This document shows positions 46,532-59,772 of a stretch of DNA of 64,000 nt, in pieces (the stretch's first letter is position 1; each line of letters begins with the position of its first letter). The DNA is taken from assembly GCA_037447605.1 (NCBI GenBank), contig CM074807.1, forward strand, positions 3,108,990 through 3,172,989. Direction: 5' to 3'. The translations under genes were made by a program, and so were the position numbers. This stretch comes from Zygnema circumcarinatum SAG 698-1b. Its lineage: Eukaryota; Plantae; Zygnematophyceae. Under the pieces are notes generated by a model that saw nothing but the letters and a program-made list of their open reading frames with translations, had not been told where the DNA came from and did no database searches.

Positions 46532-48305
46532 CGTGTTTGCAACTTGCCAACATCTCGTCAAGAAACTTACATTGCTCATCTGTTTTGGTGGGCTCTGCCA
46601 GGAGTTGCTCTATGACAGGGGGATTCTTCAGGAGGGGCCAAAAGGTATTGTTGGGTGAAGCCTATCCCACTAGTGCGAGATGATCACCCATCACACGGTT
46701 AGGAGCCCCTAGACATTGCTTTTCGTCAAGGGGTTACTTTTCCGAAATTTTAATCTGCTTTCAACTACCTTTCGCTTGTCTGTTACAAAAAACTAAAACC
46801 TAAAGGGCATAGAAACTGGTCAATGATGATCACTTCAACTCTGTCGACACTCCCTGTCAGGGAAAACTGAACTATTGCAGCACGGAACAGAACACCATGG
46901 AGACACACGACATAAATGACGGGCTGGTGCCCTCCTTCAGAAAAAACGTACTTGATTCCCCGCTCCCCTCCTCCTCCCTGCTTCACACCCCTCTTGAACT
47001 TTTAAAAGAGCAACCAATCAGCAAACGTCCTTTCCTTCCGCCCTTACCCTCAAGCCAAAGACGCGAGTCTTGGAGCTTGGAGTGAGCTCTTAACCTCCAC
47101 ATATGATATATTGAAAATTGAAGTCGCGATTGTCATCTTTTTTTTTTTAAACATAAGCTAAGAAAGTCGTCTGGAATGGCTGAATAAAACACGTTGCACT
47201 GCTGGAACAACTTTACATGATTCACTTGTCCCGCCTTTATTGAACCACATTGAGCCAATAATTCCAGATAGAATGGTTCAGAAATAAACAGCTTAACGAG
47301 CCAAGAGCTTACGCTTTTTAAATCTTCGTCCTGCTATGAACACACTGCCCTTTGACAGCCTTGCCATCGTGAGGTCAATGCTGCTTTCCCCCCTTCCCCT
47401 GCAATCCTTCTAGTGGTGGCGCGGCAAAAGGAGAGAGCTAGTGCGAGAAATTAACGCTTTAGAGGGAGAAATGGGGAATGTGGCTCACGCTACCGCTTTA
47501 CTGTTTTAACTTCTCAACACGGGCTGCTTATTGAAACCTTGCGGATACAAAGCGATGAAGGGGAATATGCCCGTTACATGGGGCAAGTTGTGCACTAGCA
47601 AGATACCCTTACTCACATTGAAGGAGCGGTACAAAGAGTATTTAGAAAATGATCAAGTAATTGACAAGGAAAGAGTTATTTCTTAACTACCGGAACTTCC
47701 TTGTAACCAGTTGCTTGCTGTGGTTTAGAGAGTCGCGCAGAAGGTCCAGAGAACGAGCCACATATTATCAATCAAATTTCTGCCAGGTTTATAAATCCTA
47801 TGTTCCAGATGAGCAGATCCTGCCCTGCAACATTTCTTCAGAATTCCGATTGTCACACGAGCTCTCACGTTACCCCGATAATTACATTTCCTCCTTGAAT
47901 ATCTGCAGAGGACTCCTCGCAATGATGGGAATGCGCCCTCAGGTCCATGTCATAACAATTCTCTGCCAGAGCAGTTCCGTTAAAGCTAAAGCTTGCAAAC
48001 AATGGCTCCCCAAGTTTGAGGGTTTGGCTTCCTCCTGCGCCTTATTGTTCTGGAGGGCCCTTTGGCCCCCCAATCAGAATGGTACAAGTCAGCAGCCAAC
48101 TCGAATAGGGGAAGTAACCTGCGCAGAATCGCCGCACTCGAGCCATCGTTCTTCTGAAGGCTCTCCGGGTCATGTCTTGCCAAGACATGACCCGGAGTTC
48201 ACATGACCCGGCCGGGCGCATGCCTCGGAAATCCAAGTCCATGGCTAATGAACCCAACACTGCCTATCGTGTTATCTATCACCTTTCTGCCAAAAAATGA
48301 TATAA

Positions 48306-51300
48306 TTAGGATAATAGAGTAAGTTGTCTTCGATTCAAGCGAGCGTACTCCCCATTCAAGGCAAGGAGCTCGTCATGCGTTCCGACCTGCAAAGAGAACC
48401 AAAGAGTTGCAAACGTAGCAGTCAATAGCAGCGGACAGCAGCTCTGCTTCCACTTGGCAATCGCTCTTCTTGCTGTCACGTAAACGCCATTCAGAGGGCA
48501 GTTAAGGGAGAATATCTTCACTTCATAGAAACGTAAGCGAAAGAGAATACCAATGCTAGTCAGCCCAAAAGTGCCACCTGGGATCTAAAGTGAGACCACA
48601 GCGGGTATGATAGGGGCGAATAACTTGGAAAGGACTCACCTCTGAAACTTGCCCCCCTTTCATCACAACAATGCGGTCAGCTGCCTGCACTGTTGATAGC
48701 CTGCAAGGAGTGAACAGGAGAAGCTTCTTCAATGGGACAGATAGGAACAAGCACGTAGCAAGCTCTGTCTCTACGAGCCTTTACATACATCAATAATTGA
48801 ATGAGGAAAAGGCCTTGAGGTCAATTACAAGCTCTGTCTACCTTTCTGCATCCCAATGTATGTATGGTATTGGGATATGGGATCTTGTAGGAGACTCGCT
48901 ACTTCTGTTTGTCAACCTTTGAAACCGACTTGTTCAGTGGAGAACGAGAAGAATTGAGAGCACTACAGAGTGTAAGAACAGAACCTTCAGACACTAAAGG
49001 CAGTGAGAACTGTAACAAAGTGGACAATGCCTTGGTGAATTTTGCGCACCACAACCCTTGGTAGAAGTGAACCCACAAGCCATAGTCGTTGCCTCACCTA
49101 TGAGCAATGACCAACACTGTTCTTCGCCGTCTTCCAGATTCATCTCGCATGGCACGGTCCAACGCAATCTACAGTCCCACAAGTTAAGCCTTTGTAAACG
49201 TTTGATGTCATATGAGCCTGTCAGAATATAGCCTGGGCCACCATCACCAACTCATCATCCCCAGCAAAGCTCTGAAAACATCTCTTTGAGGCAAAACTCA
49301 CCCTTCCTTACCTGAACATTATGCTCACTTTCGGCATCGAGAGCACTGGTTGCCTCATCAAGAATGAGAATCTTTGGGTCTCTCACAAGGGCTCGAGCAA
49401 TAGCAATTCGTTGTTTTTGACCTCCACTCAGCCTTGCATTATCAACGACAGTGGCATAGCCATCAGGAAGCCCCATAATGAAATCGTGAGCATTGGCCTG
49501 TTTGGCAGCCATCTCAATGTCTGCTTGGGAGACAACTGAGCTGCTTCCATATGCGATATTGGAGGCAATGTCGGTGGAGAACAGCCGCGGCTCCTGAAAA
49601 CCAATCATAGCTATTGACATGTTATGTTTTGTGGTGGAGAATCGCAGACTGAGCTCACTACCAGTCATAGATACAACGAAGGAGAAGCTGGGGAGAAATT
49701 TCCGTTAAAAACAAAGCAGCCCCTGCCTCTACTCTCACCTGACTGACCACTCCAAGCTGCCTTCTGAACCAACCGATATCGATATCGTCCAACGGAACAC
49801 CATCGATCAGCACCTGCGAACTCTCCACCCCCTTCCCTGTCTTCATAGGGCTCGCATTTTCCTAATTCTTGATGGGGTTTTGATAGGCCATTCAGCCACT
49901 ATTAGCTACTCCTTGGAGGGAATTCTGCCATTCTTATCCCACTTTGCTCACCTGCCCATGTGTGGTCTCATAAAGTCGCTGCAAAAGTCCCACCAAAGTC
50001 GACTTCCCACTTCCACTCAGACCCACCTGCACAAGTGGAGAGTCGAAAGTCTTATGTCCAGCTGCAGCTGCTTACAAGTACAACATTAGCTGCTCTTTTA
50101 GCACTCGACTTGTTCCATGACTGTTGGAGGACGGCATTCCCACTCTTCACTACGAAGTGGGACTTTCTTCTATAAAAACTGCAGCTAGTGGAAGGATAGT
50201 TTAGAGGTTTTTGCACTTGGGTTGAAGAATATCCGTACCAAAGCAACAAGCTCTCCTGCCTGGATAGTGAGATTTACATTCTGCAGCACCGGCAGCTGCA
50301 ACCCATCCAGCATTCAAAGAAGTCCTCTTTGAATGATAAGTGACTGTCACCATACAAGCATTTCACTCCATAATCTACATATTTGTAAGGACTAGACACT
50401 TAAAAAAAAAGCCCAAGGAGCAAAAAGCAGCACTGACTGATGCATTACTCGAACTTCAAGACAAGACAAGAGCACAATTTTGCAAATCCTACTAATAATA
50501 ATACTCATGAAATAATATAATACTAATATAATACTTTCGTTGATGCTGAAGAATACTCTCAACACGAGGCATGTGAGACAGCGAGCGATCCCTACCGTTA
50601 ATCTCGTTGGATAGTAAAAGGTGACATTACGAAACTCGACCCCTCCTCGACACTCTGCCAGCGAACGACCTGACATAGCAACCCCCCTCCTTGACCTCCT
50701 TAAGGATACATCCTTGTACCCTGCAGAGAAATGCGTCCTCAGAGCATCTTCACAAAGAAAAACACCTTTTAAACAGGTTTTAAAGGTGTACACAATGTGG
50801 GCATAAGCACCTTCAGTAGTGAGCTGTATAGCAGGAGGGAGGTCAAGCAGGTCAAAGACCCTCTCGCTTGCCCCCATAGCCTCCATGAGGTAGGCCCAAT
50901 GCTCTCCCACCCACCACGTGCAGTGCACCACTCCCTCCGCATAGAGAATGTACTTTGTGAGCTGTTCCGGACTCACTGCTCCCTTCATTACAAACAATCC
51001 GCCGATGAACAGTGCCACCACCTGCAAGGGAACCCCCCTCCCATTGTGAGAGAGACTAGCAGGACTCACAAAACGTGCATGAACGGACACAGGAAAAAAA
51101 GAAGAAGAAGAAGAAAATCTTTCGCACTAAACCATAACCAAAAGGGTAGTAGGTGGAATGACAAGGCAGCTTGTCCTACACATCTTCGCAAACTTCCAAT
51201 CTACGGTATCAGTTGAGCGTAGAATTCAAAAGGCTTAACGTTACCCTTGAGGACTGCCTGTGCTGCACAAGTACACTCACAACTACACTCTGCAGTAAGT

Positions 51301-53254
51301 TGGGAAAGTCTGCACCTGTGTGCCATTGTACAGAGTGTTGCTGCCCCATGTCCAGAATCCATAGGCCACCGACTTCCTCACTCCTATGTCGATCAGTCTC
51401 TGAGCCCACATACTGTACCTGCATTCGAGAAGCACAAAAAGCTTTAGTATGATACTCTGAAAACCTGCACACTTTCATTCATTCTTTATCACTGTTTTGG
51501 ACCTGACCTTCATTCGAATACCCTCCTCTTACCTAGCAGTCTCCTGCTTCTCTGTGCCGAAAGTACGCACCACACGTGCCAAAGAGAAAACTTCCTCAGC
51601 CACCTGCAAAAGGATAGGCAAAAGCTCATCTTGTAGGATTGAGGTGGTCTTTCGATTTTGGTTCAAAGCACAAACAAGGAAAGAATCCAGCATCGGTGTA
51701 TATGCGAAAAACAAGAAATTCAGATGGCTTCCGATTAATGGGGCTGGTTAAGAATAAAATGTCAAGAAAACGGAATGACATATCTATCTACGTCTGCTAA
51801 CCAATTATGCCCTACAGCAGAAGCTCTAAGCATATGCATATGCAGGAGGAAATTTCACACCTCGTTTGCAGAGGCAATGGTATCCTGAGTCACTTTAGCT
51901 GTGTCTCGCTGAAACCTGCAAATCAGACCACCTTTTGAATGAAAGGGAGGTGGGGGCTGATATATAAACTCAGAAGAGAGCAGGACTGGAGGTAGGGATG
52001 ATGGTAGAGGGAGAGGCCTACCTCCCATAGACCATCATTGCCAGCCACAAAACGGCGCTTACTATTGCTGTTGATGCCGCCAATGGCCAACACAAGCGGA
52101 GGAGATATATGAGGGCACAAAAGCCCTGCACATGCAGGTAAGCACTCGCTGAAGGTTATTCAGTTTGTTTTACAAGGACAAATGCAGAATAAAGAAATAT
52201 GATGAATGTTCACACTTGTGTTGCATAAGAAACGCACCTGAAGAGCATTTCTGAGCATTATGTTCAGATTCTCGCCAATAATGCGAGAGACAGTTTGGCA
52301 ATCAGATCCTAGTCTGCTTGTCAGATCGCCCACAGATTGACTGTCAAAAAAGGAAATATCCTGCACCTCCACACTCTCACGGGGTCAGCTTTACTGGTAA
52401 TCCCCTCCCTTCAACAGTGATTCCATCGACCTGCTGACCAAGTATCCGACAACAAAAAGTTCATTCGAAAGCGACGGAGGGGTTGATTAGTAAAAGCTGT
52501 TTGCAAAGACGAGGTATTAATAGCTTTACCAGCATATGCGAAGCTTTTCTATAGCGAAGAAGGGCTGGAGACTATGCCCCACTGCTTCAAATGTCTCACC
52601 TGATTGACGAGAGTAGAGAACAGCCTCTCCCTCATGCGCTTCACCTGCCATACAAAATATGTGCAGATGTTCATTGCAACTGTTGAGCTTAACCTGAAGC
52701 AAGCTCTCGAGAGAACGTGCATGTCTTCCTAACAATTGCCAATTCCTATCCATTGTCTGGACACTGTAACTTAACTTTTCCATATCTTGATGTCTTTGCC
52801 AAGCGATACCGCTGGAATAAATTTTGAATGTATGAAATACATTGACATTGGCTGCTGTCCTGATTCACGGTCTACTTTCTTCTTCTTTCTCGGAACACCA
52901 CTTTTCGTAACCATCCTTTGAAGTTTAAGAGCTGCTATCTTCCCCTTAGCGTCAAATATGGAAGAGGAGGTCAAGCATAAAAGAACTCACCACTCGTTGA
53001 TTGATAGCGCTGAAAAAGCCCCCTCGCAACCCACTGCCCATCCGTTGCCAATCTCGACGTCAGAAACAGCCCACAACAACTTGCTGCTGTTCCCAAACCA
53101 GCTATCATATCACAGTCATTAAGCTGCTCTGCAGAGTTCACGAAAAAAAGAAGCCCACACACTACCCCCTAGTCCCCTACAGCAACAAGGAAACAGCTTT
53201 GCTTCAACTGCGTAGCCCACACTCTTCAGCATCTTCAATCAAAAGCATTCCACA

Positions 53255-53352
<98 letters not shown>

Positions 53353-55771
53353 CAAAAAATCGTATTCAAGAGAAAGTGTGAAAAAACGCATAACCTGCAC
53401 AGGATGTGTCTCCGACTCCTCTTACCTAAAGATGCCATAGATGACAGTGACAGTCGCCAAAGTGTATACGTTTTGCAGAAATTGGGTCCTCATGCCATTT
53501 CCCGCCGAGAAGATGGTGGCTGCGATGAAGTGAGGGAGGGATACCTCAGCGAGCTGCGCAGGAGAGGGGCAGTCAGACTGACTGGTCATTGTATGGGGGG
53601 GAGAGGGGCTGTGAGAGGGAATGCATGTTGGGGGGAGTGACAGGGGAGGAGGAGAGGCTGCTGAATTTACACCATGATAGACCAAATGGCAAATGAATGA
53701 GCGGCTGACATTGAAGAGGTTGCTAAGTTGGCCAAAGTGGAGCTGCAAGGCAGCTGCTTGGGCTATAGTTTCACCTATATGGTCTCTGACAATGGGACTC
53801 TGTTCAAGGTCCTACAAGTATGCACATCCAACGCTCGTGTGAAAAGAACCTTGAGAAAGCTAAGAACTAAAACAGTTTCATGATTGTACATCACAGGGAA
53901 ACAAGAGATGCACATTTCGAACCAGAATATGAAAGGGTAGCATTTCAAATAGACAAGGGAGGCAGACTTCAGAAGCTAGATTAGCAGGATACCGGAAACA
54001 CGAGAGATGCACATGATGAGAAACTGCGAGCGTTGGAAACAAGGCAGTATCAATATCACGATGCTTTGGTGGTTAGTCGACAAGTGAGGAATGACAGGAA
54101 AGAAAAATGTGCAGGAAATGGAAACAAATGAACAATCGAGGGTGAGGCAGAAGTGCAAACAAAGATATGCAACAACGTTTCCACCTGCAAGTCCTTGCGA
54201 ATGTGCAGAGGATGAAGACAGAGATAGCCCAAGAAGAAAGAAAGCTGGGAAACAAGGCTGAAAAGAAGCAAACATTGAAAGAAGGCTTTGGCAGAGACCA
54301 AAGAAAGGAGACTTCTTAACAACAAAGTGCCATATAGGTAAAGGAGAGTTTCTCAAAAAATGCGAGTGAAATTTCAGAAACTCGGGTCCAGTCCCTTAGA
54401 TTCTCAGCAGAGATGCAGAAGAAACTGTAAACACGTTTGAATCTATGATATTAATGTCTGACCGTCGCACATAATGATTGAAGAAAGAGGGCAAATTCCC
54501 ACATTCGTCAATATCCAACGTGGACAAATTTCTTAATCGTTTCAAAATCACACCTTTTCTTACCATTGTATTGAGACCAAGGTGGATTGGAACAGGCGAA
54601 GATCAAATGGACCCAAGAGATTCTTGTACAGTATGCCAAAGGAACCCCTCGTTCAGCAAAAACAGAAACCAATTCACAGCCCATGCTGGCATTTTGAACG
54701 AGACGCTATCTTATAGATGCCGTAAAAAAAGTGGTATCCAGTTTAAAATAATCCAAGCGCAAAGGTTGATGCAACCAACTGCTAATCAGAGCTCCCAAAG
54801 ACTTCCTCGAAAGACAAAGTTCACGAATTCATGGCCTGGGGCGAATTGAGAGGATGAATTGGGAAAACGAACTCCATAAGCCCAATTGGAGATTGATTAA
54901 CAAGGCAAGGAGGAGAAGACCTAGCCTGAAATTTGCCAGGTACCAAGAGCCATTTTGATCTCTCCAATTGGACAGGGAAAATAAGGCGATCCGCTATAAA
55001 TTATGTGGACGCTCTCGTCTTTCAAACAAATTGAATTTCGTGAGTATGTGACGTGCAAGCAAAGGTTACTAACGGAGGATTCCCTCCTGATCAGAGGGAG
55101 GTGGAAAATCTACAGATGGGCAGAAATCGTACCGAAGAAATAGTAAGGAAGACGAAAGCAGATAGTATCAGCATTCTGTCAGGCTCCACAAGTTTCCACA
55201 GTCGCCACAACGATCGATTCAAAGCGGCTGCATGCTCTGCCTCCTCCAGCTCTACTCCAAGTTTCCACCAGCTGCCGTACGGTAAAAATGAGTGAAAAGC
55301 AGCTAAAGCCTTCCTAATTACCTTCAACCTTGACCTTATTCCTCCCCGCAGGCCCTCCCACAGACTGTCACCAGACCCTTCGGCACTCTGTGCTGAATTC
55401 CACTCTCCTTCCCTCCTCGAATTCTGCGAAGTGCTCGGCTCCCCTCCCTGCCAATAAGCGGCTCCTCCATTCCCATTCCCTGAGCTCCCGACGCTATGGC
55501 TGCCAGCATCCGTCCTTCGCACATCCCCGTCCTCATCAAGGCCTACTCTCTGTTGTTCAGCCTCCTGAGGAGCGTGGAACCACGCAGAATCTGCTGCAGA
55601 GGAGCTACACATTGCCACTGTTGAAGCATCGCAGCGTCGCCTCCGCCCCCGCAAGCGAACACGGCTCTCCTTTCTCCCTCTCCTGTCAGCATGAGAGGGA
55701 AACGAACGGAGAATGCAGGGAGCAGGAGCTGCCGAAGCCAGGCAGCGCAGCACCAGGCTTGCAGAGGCCAT
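48306..55771 (-). CDS. ABCB26: ABC transporter B family half-transporter, TAP1/ABCB26-like, probable plastid transit peptide; ~15 exons
   Basis: Ser/Ala/Arg-rich N-terminus; [15 protein letters not shown]; [22 protein letters not shown]; [10 protein letters not shown]; [12 protein letters not shown]; [13 protein letters not shown]; Walker [10 protein letters not shown]; signature [15 protein letters not shown]; Walker [13 protein letters not shown]; final exon [16 protein letters not shown]...*. Confidence 0.92.
53258..53350. repeat. (CT)n microsatellite, ~46 units, in an ABCB26 intron
   Basis: Seen directly. Confidence 0.95.
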
Positions 55772-56512
55772 GGCTGCACCTGCCCCTCACTCCCTCACTC
55801 GGCCACCTTCTTCTCCCTCCCTCCCTCCTTCCTCTCCTTCCCTTTCCTCTCCCTCCCTCCCTCTGCGGCGGAATTAGGGTTGCTATTTGGGGAGGGAGGT
55901 GCCGGGAGCCTCTGGAGGGCACATGGATGGGGGCACAGTGCAAGCCCCGGAGTGTGCCACGTGGCGCGATGAGCTTCGGAAAGGCGGCCGCCACTCCACC
56001 TTTCTCCATTCCGTCGCGGCTCTGCCAATAGTGACACGCCACGTCATCCTTTTTTGACACGTCGCAATCTGCCATTGGAGAAGCCAGCCGACCGTACGCC
56101 GTGGGAGAGGCTTTTTTTTTTTTTTTTTTCCGTAGACCAAAACGGACCAATCGTTTTAGGGCCCGAAAGTGGGGAAATCTCCACCGTTAGATTGTGGATC
56201 TTGCGACCTTTAATCGGCCACGTGGTTGAACGGCTCACACGGATTTTCCCCGCAGCCACGCAGCAAGTTCCGTGTCGCAGTTCCCTGTTGCGTGAACTGT
56301 GGAAACTACTCCAAGCTCTATATAGTCGTGTCACGTCTTGTCATGTGGTGTCATGACATGTTATGTCATTTCACGTTGGGCCATCCTATGTCGCGTCACG
56401 CTTTCACTCGCAAGCAGCCGCCGGCGCAGAGCGCGCTCTCGCGCTCTTCCTCTCGCTCTCTCGCGCGCTGAGCTCGGCCTCCCTCCCGCCTGCTGCAGGG
56501 GGAGCGCGGATT
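55772..56512. promoter_or_regulatory. Bidirectional promoter between the ABCB26-like and P4H-like genes, with ACGT-core boxes (GCCACGTGGC 55956, GCCACGTCAT ~56038, CCACGTGG 56218) and TGGGCC ~56378
   Basis: Head-to-head ATGs ~740 bp apart and exact motif matches. Confidence 0.55.
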
Positions 56513-58277
56513 ATGGGCGCCATGGGGGGCAGGAAATCGAAGGAGAAGGGAGATCTCGGTGATCCCAGTGACACTGCAGCGCCTGAAGCCGTCTCGTTTG
56601 AAGAGGAGGCGAGAGAAACCGTGGGATGTGCGAGGACTGCAGCTGTAGGCGGGAGGGTTCCTCGTCTCCCCACACATTTCTCGAGGGCTTCTGTGCATGG
56701 GGACTTCTTTCTTTGGGAAATTCCCCGCTTTCTGAATCCGGAACAGTGTTCTGTGCTCATCAGGGCTGGCCATGGCCGTTGGGAGCGCAGCAAAGTGCAG
56801 GTGACTGGGAGTACCTCCAGAGACAGCTACTGAGAAATGAGAAAAAAGTAAAGATTTATGTGATTTCACGTGGATTAAGAAACTGGATCTATTAGTTAGA
56901 TGCTTGTATTACGGATTCTGGATATCGCAAGGCAGCCGTGTCAGGCTGGAAAGCTTAGTCGACTGAAACAACAAATACGAGATACTGATGCGTAAAAGTC
57001 GTTTGAATAATGCGCTTGCCTCCTGCTGTACATTCATCAATTATTCGTCTAACTTTTGTTTGCTACAGTAGCTGTTATGCTTCTTTCAATAGTTGACTCG
57101 ATTCCATTTGTGGATCCTGGGGTGGACAGGTCGGAAATACGACAACTGTCAGTAGATATCGGACAAGCAGGTTGGATTTTCTTTCTGCGAAACTGAATGC
57201 AAATGCTTCCAATCAACTTCCCCCCATTATTTTTTCTCAAGCTAAGAGGGAGCAAGGTTATTAGCAGCCATACTGTTGGAAAATCCCCTGCTTTGGCATG
57301 GTCAGCGATATGCAAATGTCTGCGTGCAAAGTTCTCTCAGAGAAAGTTTTTCTTTCTTCCTCCCATGGCATGTTGATCTGTATATTTTGACAAGCTGTAA
57401 ACTTTACATCCACTTTCGTTTGCTATTTCATCCATCTCCCCTACACATAAAGAGACCTTATAAAAACTTGTGCATCCATCTTGATGGCATGTTCTTTGCT
57501 CGTCCGCCTTTCGCCTTCTCCTGGCGTGAGAATTTTTAGTGGATGCAATAGATACTTTGGAAACACGTAGAGATGGGCTTACCGAGGCATTGGAGGCCCA
57601 TTTGGGTATGCCAAAGCTGAGCATGCAGCTGAATAGGGTTGGTAATGATATTGTGCGGTGCAGCACAGCTTGGGTGACTCCTTCGGAGAACTCTCCAGCA
57701 GAGCGTGTTGCAGCCTATATTAGGCAGAGTGCTGCAGACCTTTCAGGCATACCAGATTTCGACCATCGTGCCACAGACAAAGTGCAGATTGTCCGCTATG
57801 AAGAATTGGAGGAATACAAGCTTCACTGTGATAGCCTCAGGGGCTCTAACGGCACCTTGAAGCCGCGAGGTACACTCTTGGTTTACCTCAACGATGACTT
57901 CAAAGGCGGCGAGACATACTTTCCGAACATACCCAAAATGGTGAGCATACAACTTCATTTCACCTTTATTGCGTAACCGTGGACGGCCAGACCCTTGAAA
58001 TCTTCATTTGGTTGAGGCTAAAGTACATGCTTCTGAGAGGGTCTTCGGTACATGTATTTTTGTCTCATACCTCTCCCCCGCTTCTTTCCATTATCTACGT
58101 GACCAGCCTTTCCTTGCTGTGTAGGTGACCCCGGAGCAGGGGAAGGCCCTCCTCTGGTACACAATGATAGGTCCGGAGGGTTTGGAGGACCACCGCTCAA
58201 AGCACGCAGGGCAGCCGGTGACCAGCGGGATCAAGTATCTCGCAACGCAGTGGTTTCTGTACCCCGAAGCGAGCTAG
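56513..58277 (+). CDS. Prolyl 4-hydroxylase-like Fe(II)/2-oxoglutarate dioxygenase, 4 exons
   Basis: IPRFLNPEQC; RTS|STAW; QIVRYEELEEYKLHCD (HxD); TLLVYLNDDFKGGETYFP; last exon 58125-58277 ALLWY...DHRSKHAGQPVTSGIKYLATQW (distal His and 2OG-binding Lys). Confidence 0.88.
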
Positions 58278-59772
58278 CCTGTCCCATGCATCGGTCGTAA
58301 CAGACATAATTAAACAAACAAATTCACTGCGATTTTGTGGGCATTTCAACGCCAGGGCGAGCAGCATCCCCATTTCTCTTTGGAAGCGTTCATAGATAAG
58401 ATGAGATGACAGTGTTACGTCTTTGTTCCAAGCAATGGAGCAATTTTTCACGAGTATCACAATCGATGGTACGAGAGAGAGAGCGAGAAAGAGAGGGTGG
58501 GGGGACGGGGAGAGAGCGAGAGATCAAAACGCTACTTACGTCCTATTGTAGTAAGTTGCAGACCCATAGAACTTAGACAATTCTCTTCAACCCGTATGAT
58601 GGCATACACAGGATCAGTGCAAATACGTGCCATGCTGCTTGTTTCCCCCCATGCCCGAACCGGGTAGCCAAGTCCCACTTGTAAATTTCTATGGGTCATG
58701 CCTATGCCTCGCAGCAACCATCCGTGCAACTAATGGTCCGCCATGTCCTTCTCTCGCACAGCTGGGAGTTGCGAGGAGGCCGCGGGAGCACGCTGCCGCC
58801 TTCGCCACCCTCTGACCCTCACAAACATTATCGAAAATTGTGCGGTGGCTTGCATTCTACATTTTCGCTAGCAGATTGGCCCCCCTACCACAATGGCTGC
58901 TGTGTTTGGAAGCCATCACTTAGCAAAAATACAAAAATCGAAAGGGGCACTACTTACAAGGTGACTCGACTCGCGGCCCAAGGCCGCGGGTTTGACTTCT
59001 TCCTGCGACCAGGTGATATCTGGGGCCGTGCTTGCCTTCTCAGCCCCTGAGATCACTTCCTAGGAAGCTCATGCCATGTGAGGTGTGCCATGCCCGCAAG
59101 CAGCAGGTTATGACTTACCCCACTCCCCCCTCCTCCTCCCTGCGTCGGCCCATTGGAGTCAAACGCTAGGTCAGATCCGATTCCTTCATCAGGGTGCGAA
59201 GCAGAGGTGGGGTCCTTGAATGGTCGCTCAGAAGAATGATAGTATCCAAAAGAGGAATCAGAAAAGGATGCTGCCGTGACCGGGAGGGTGTCCACGCCCC
59301 GAGTTCTCTTCAGAATCCCCGAGCAACTCCATTGCTCGGCTTCAAGCTGCACATGACTATGTGGCCACGAGAGAGGCCACGAGAGCACGTGGAGTGCAGA
59401 TTCTTCCTGTGACATTGTTCTGAAGGCAGGCTTGCAACAGGCCCCGGGAAGTGATTGAAGCAAAACTCCCAGCAATCTGCAAAGAACGACATCACATGTG
59501 TAACCGTCATTCGTCCATATTTAAATCACATATGGGTTTTTAGGGAGCTATGCAAACTATGCAACTATGTGATAGACATGAAAGTATACAAGTCAGGAAC
59601 CCACGAGAAAATATAATTTTGTAGCTAATCCCAATGAAGCTAAGGCTGGACCAGAATAAACCCAACCAGGGGCGCATATCGCCCAACCACCCTGTCTGCC
59701 GAACCATCCGGAGAGGTCTGCGAATGAGAGGGGAACATGTGGCTTACCATGATAACCAATATGTGCGGCAGG

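Noticed and set aside
47661-48206. 181-aa ORF between the convergent DTW and ABCB26 3' ends
   Set aside because: No homology or motif; TTG start; lies in probable 3' UTR or intergenic sequence.
53001-53438. SL-repeat and RE-repeat ORFs
   Set aside because: Translations of the (CT)n microsatellite.
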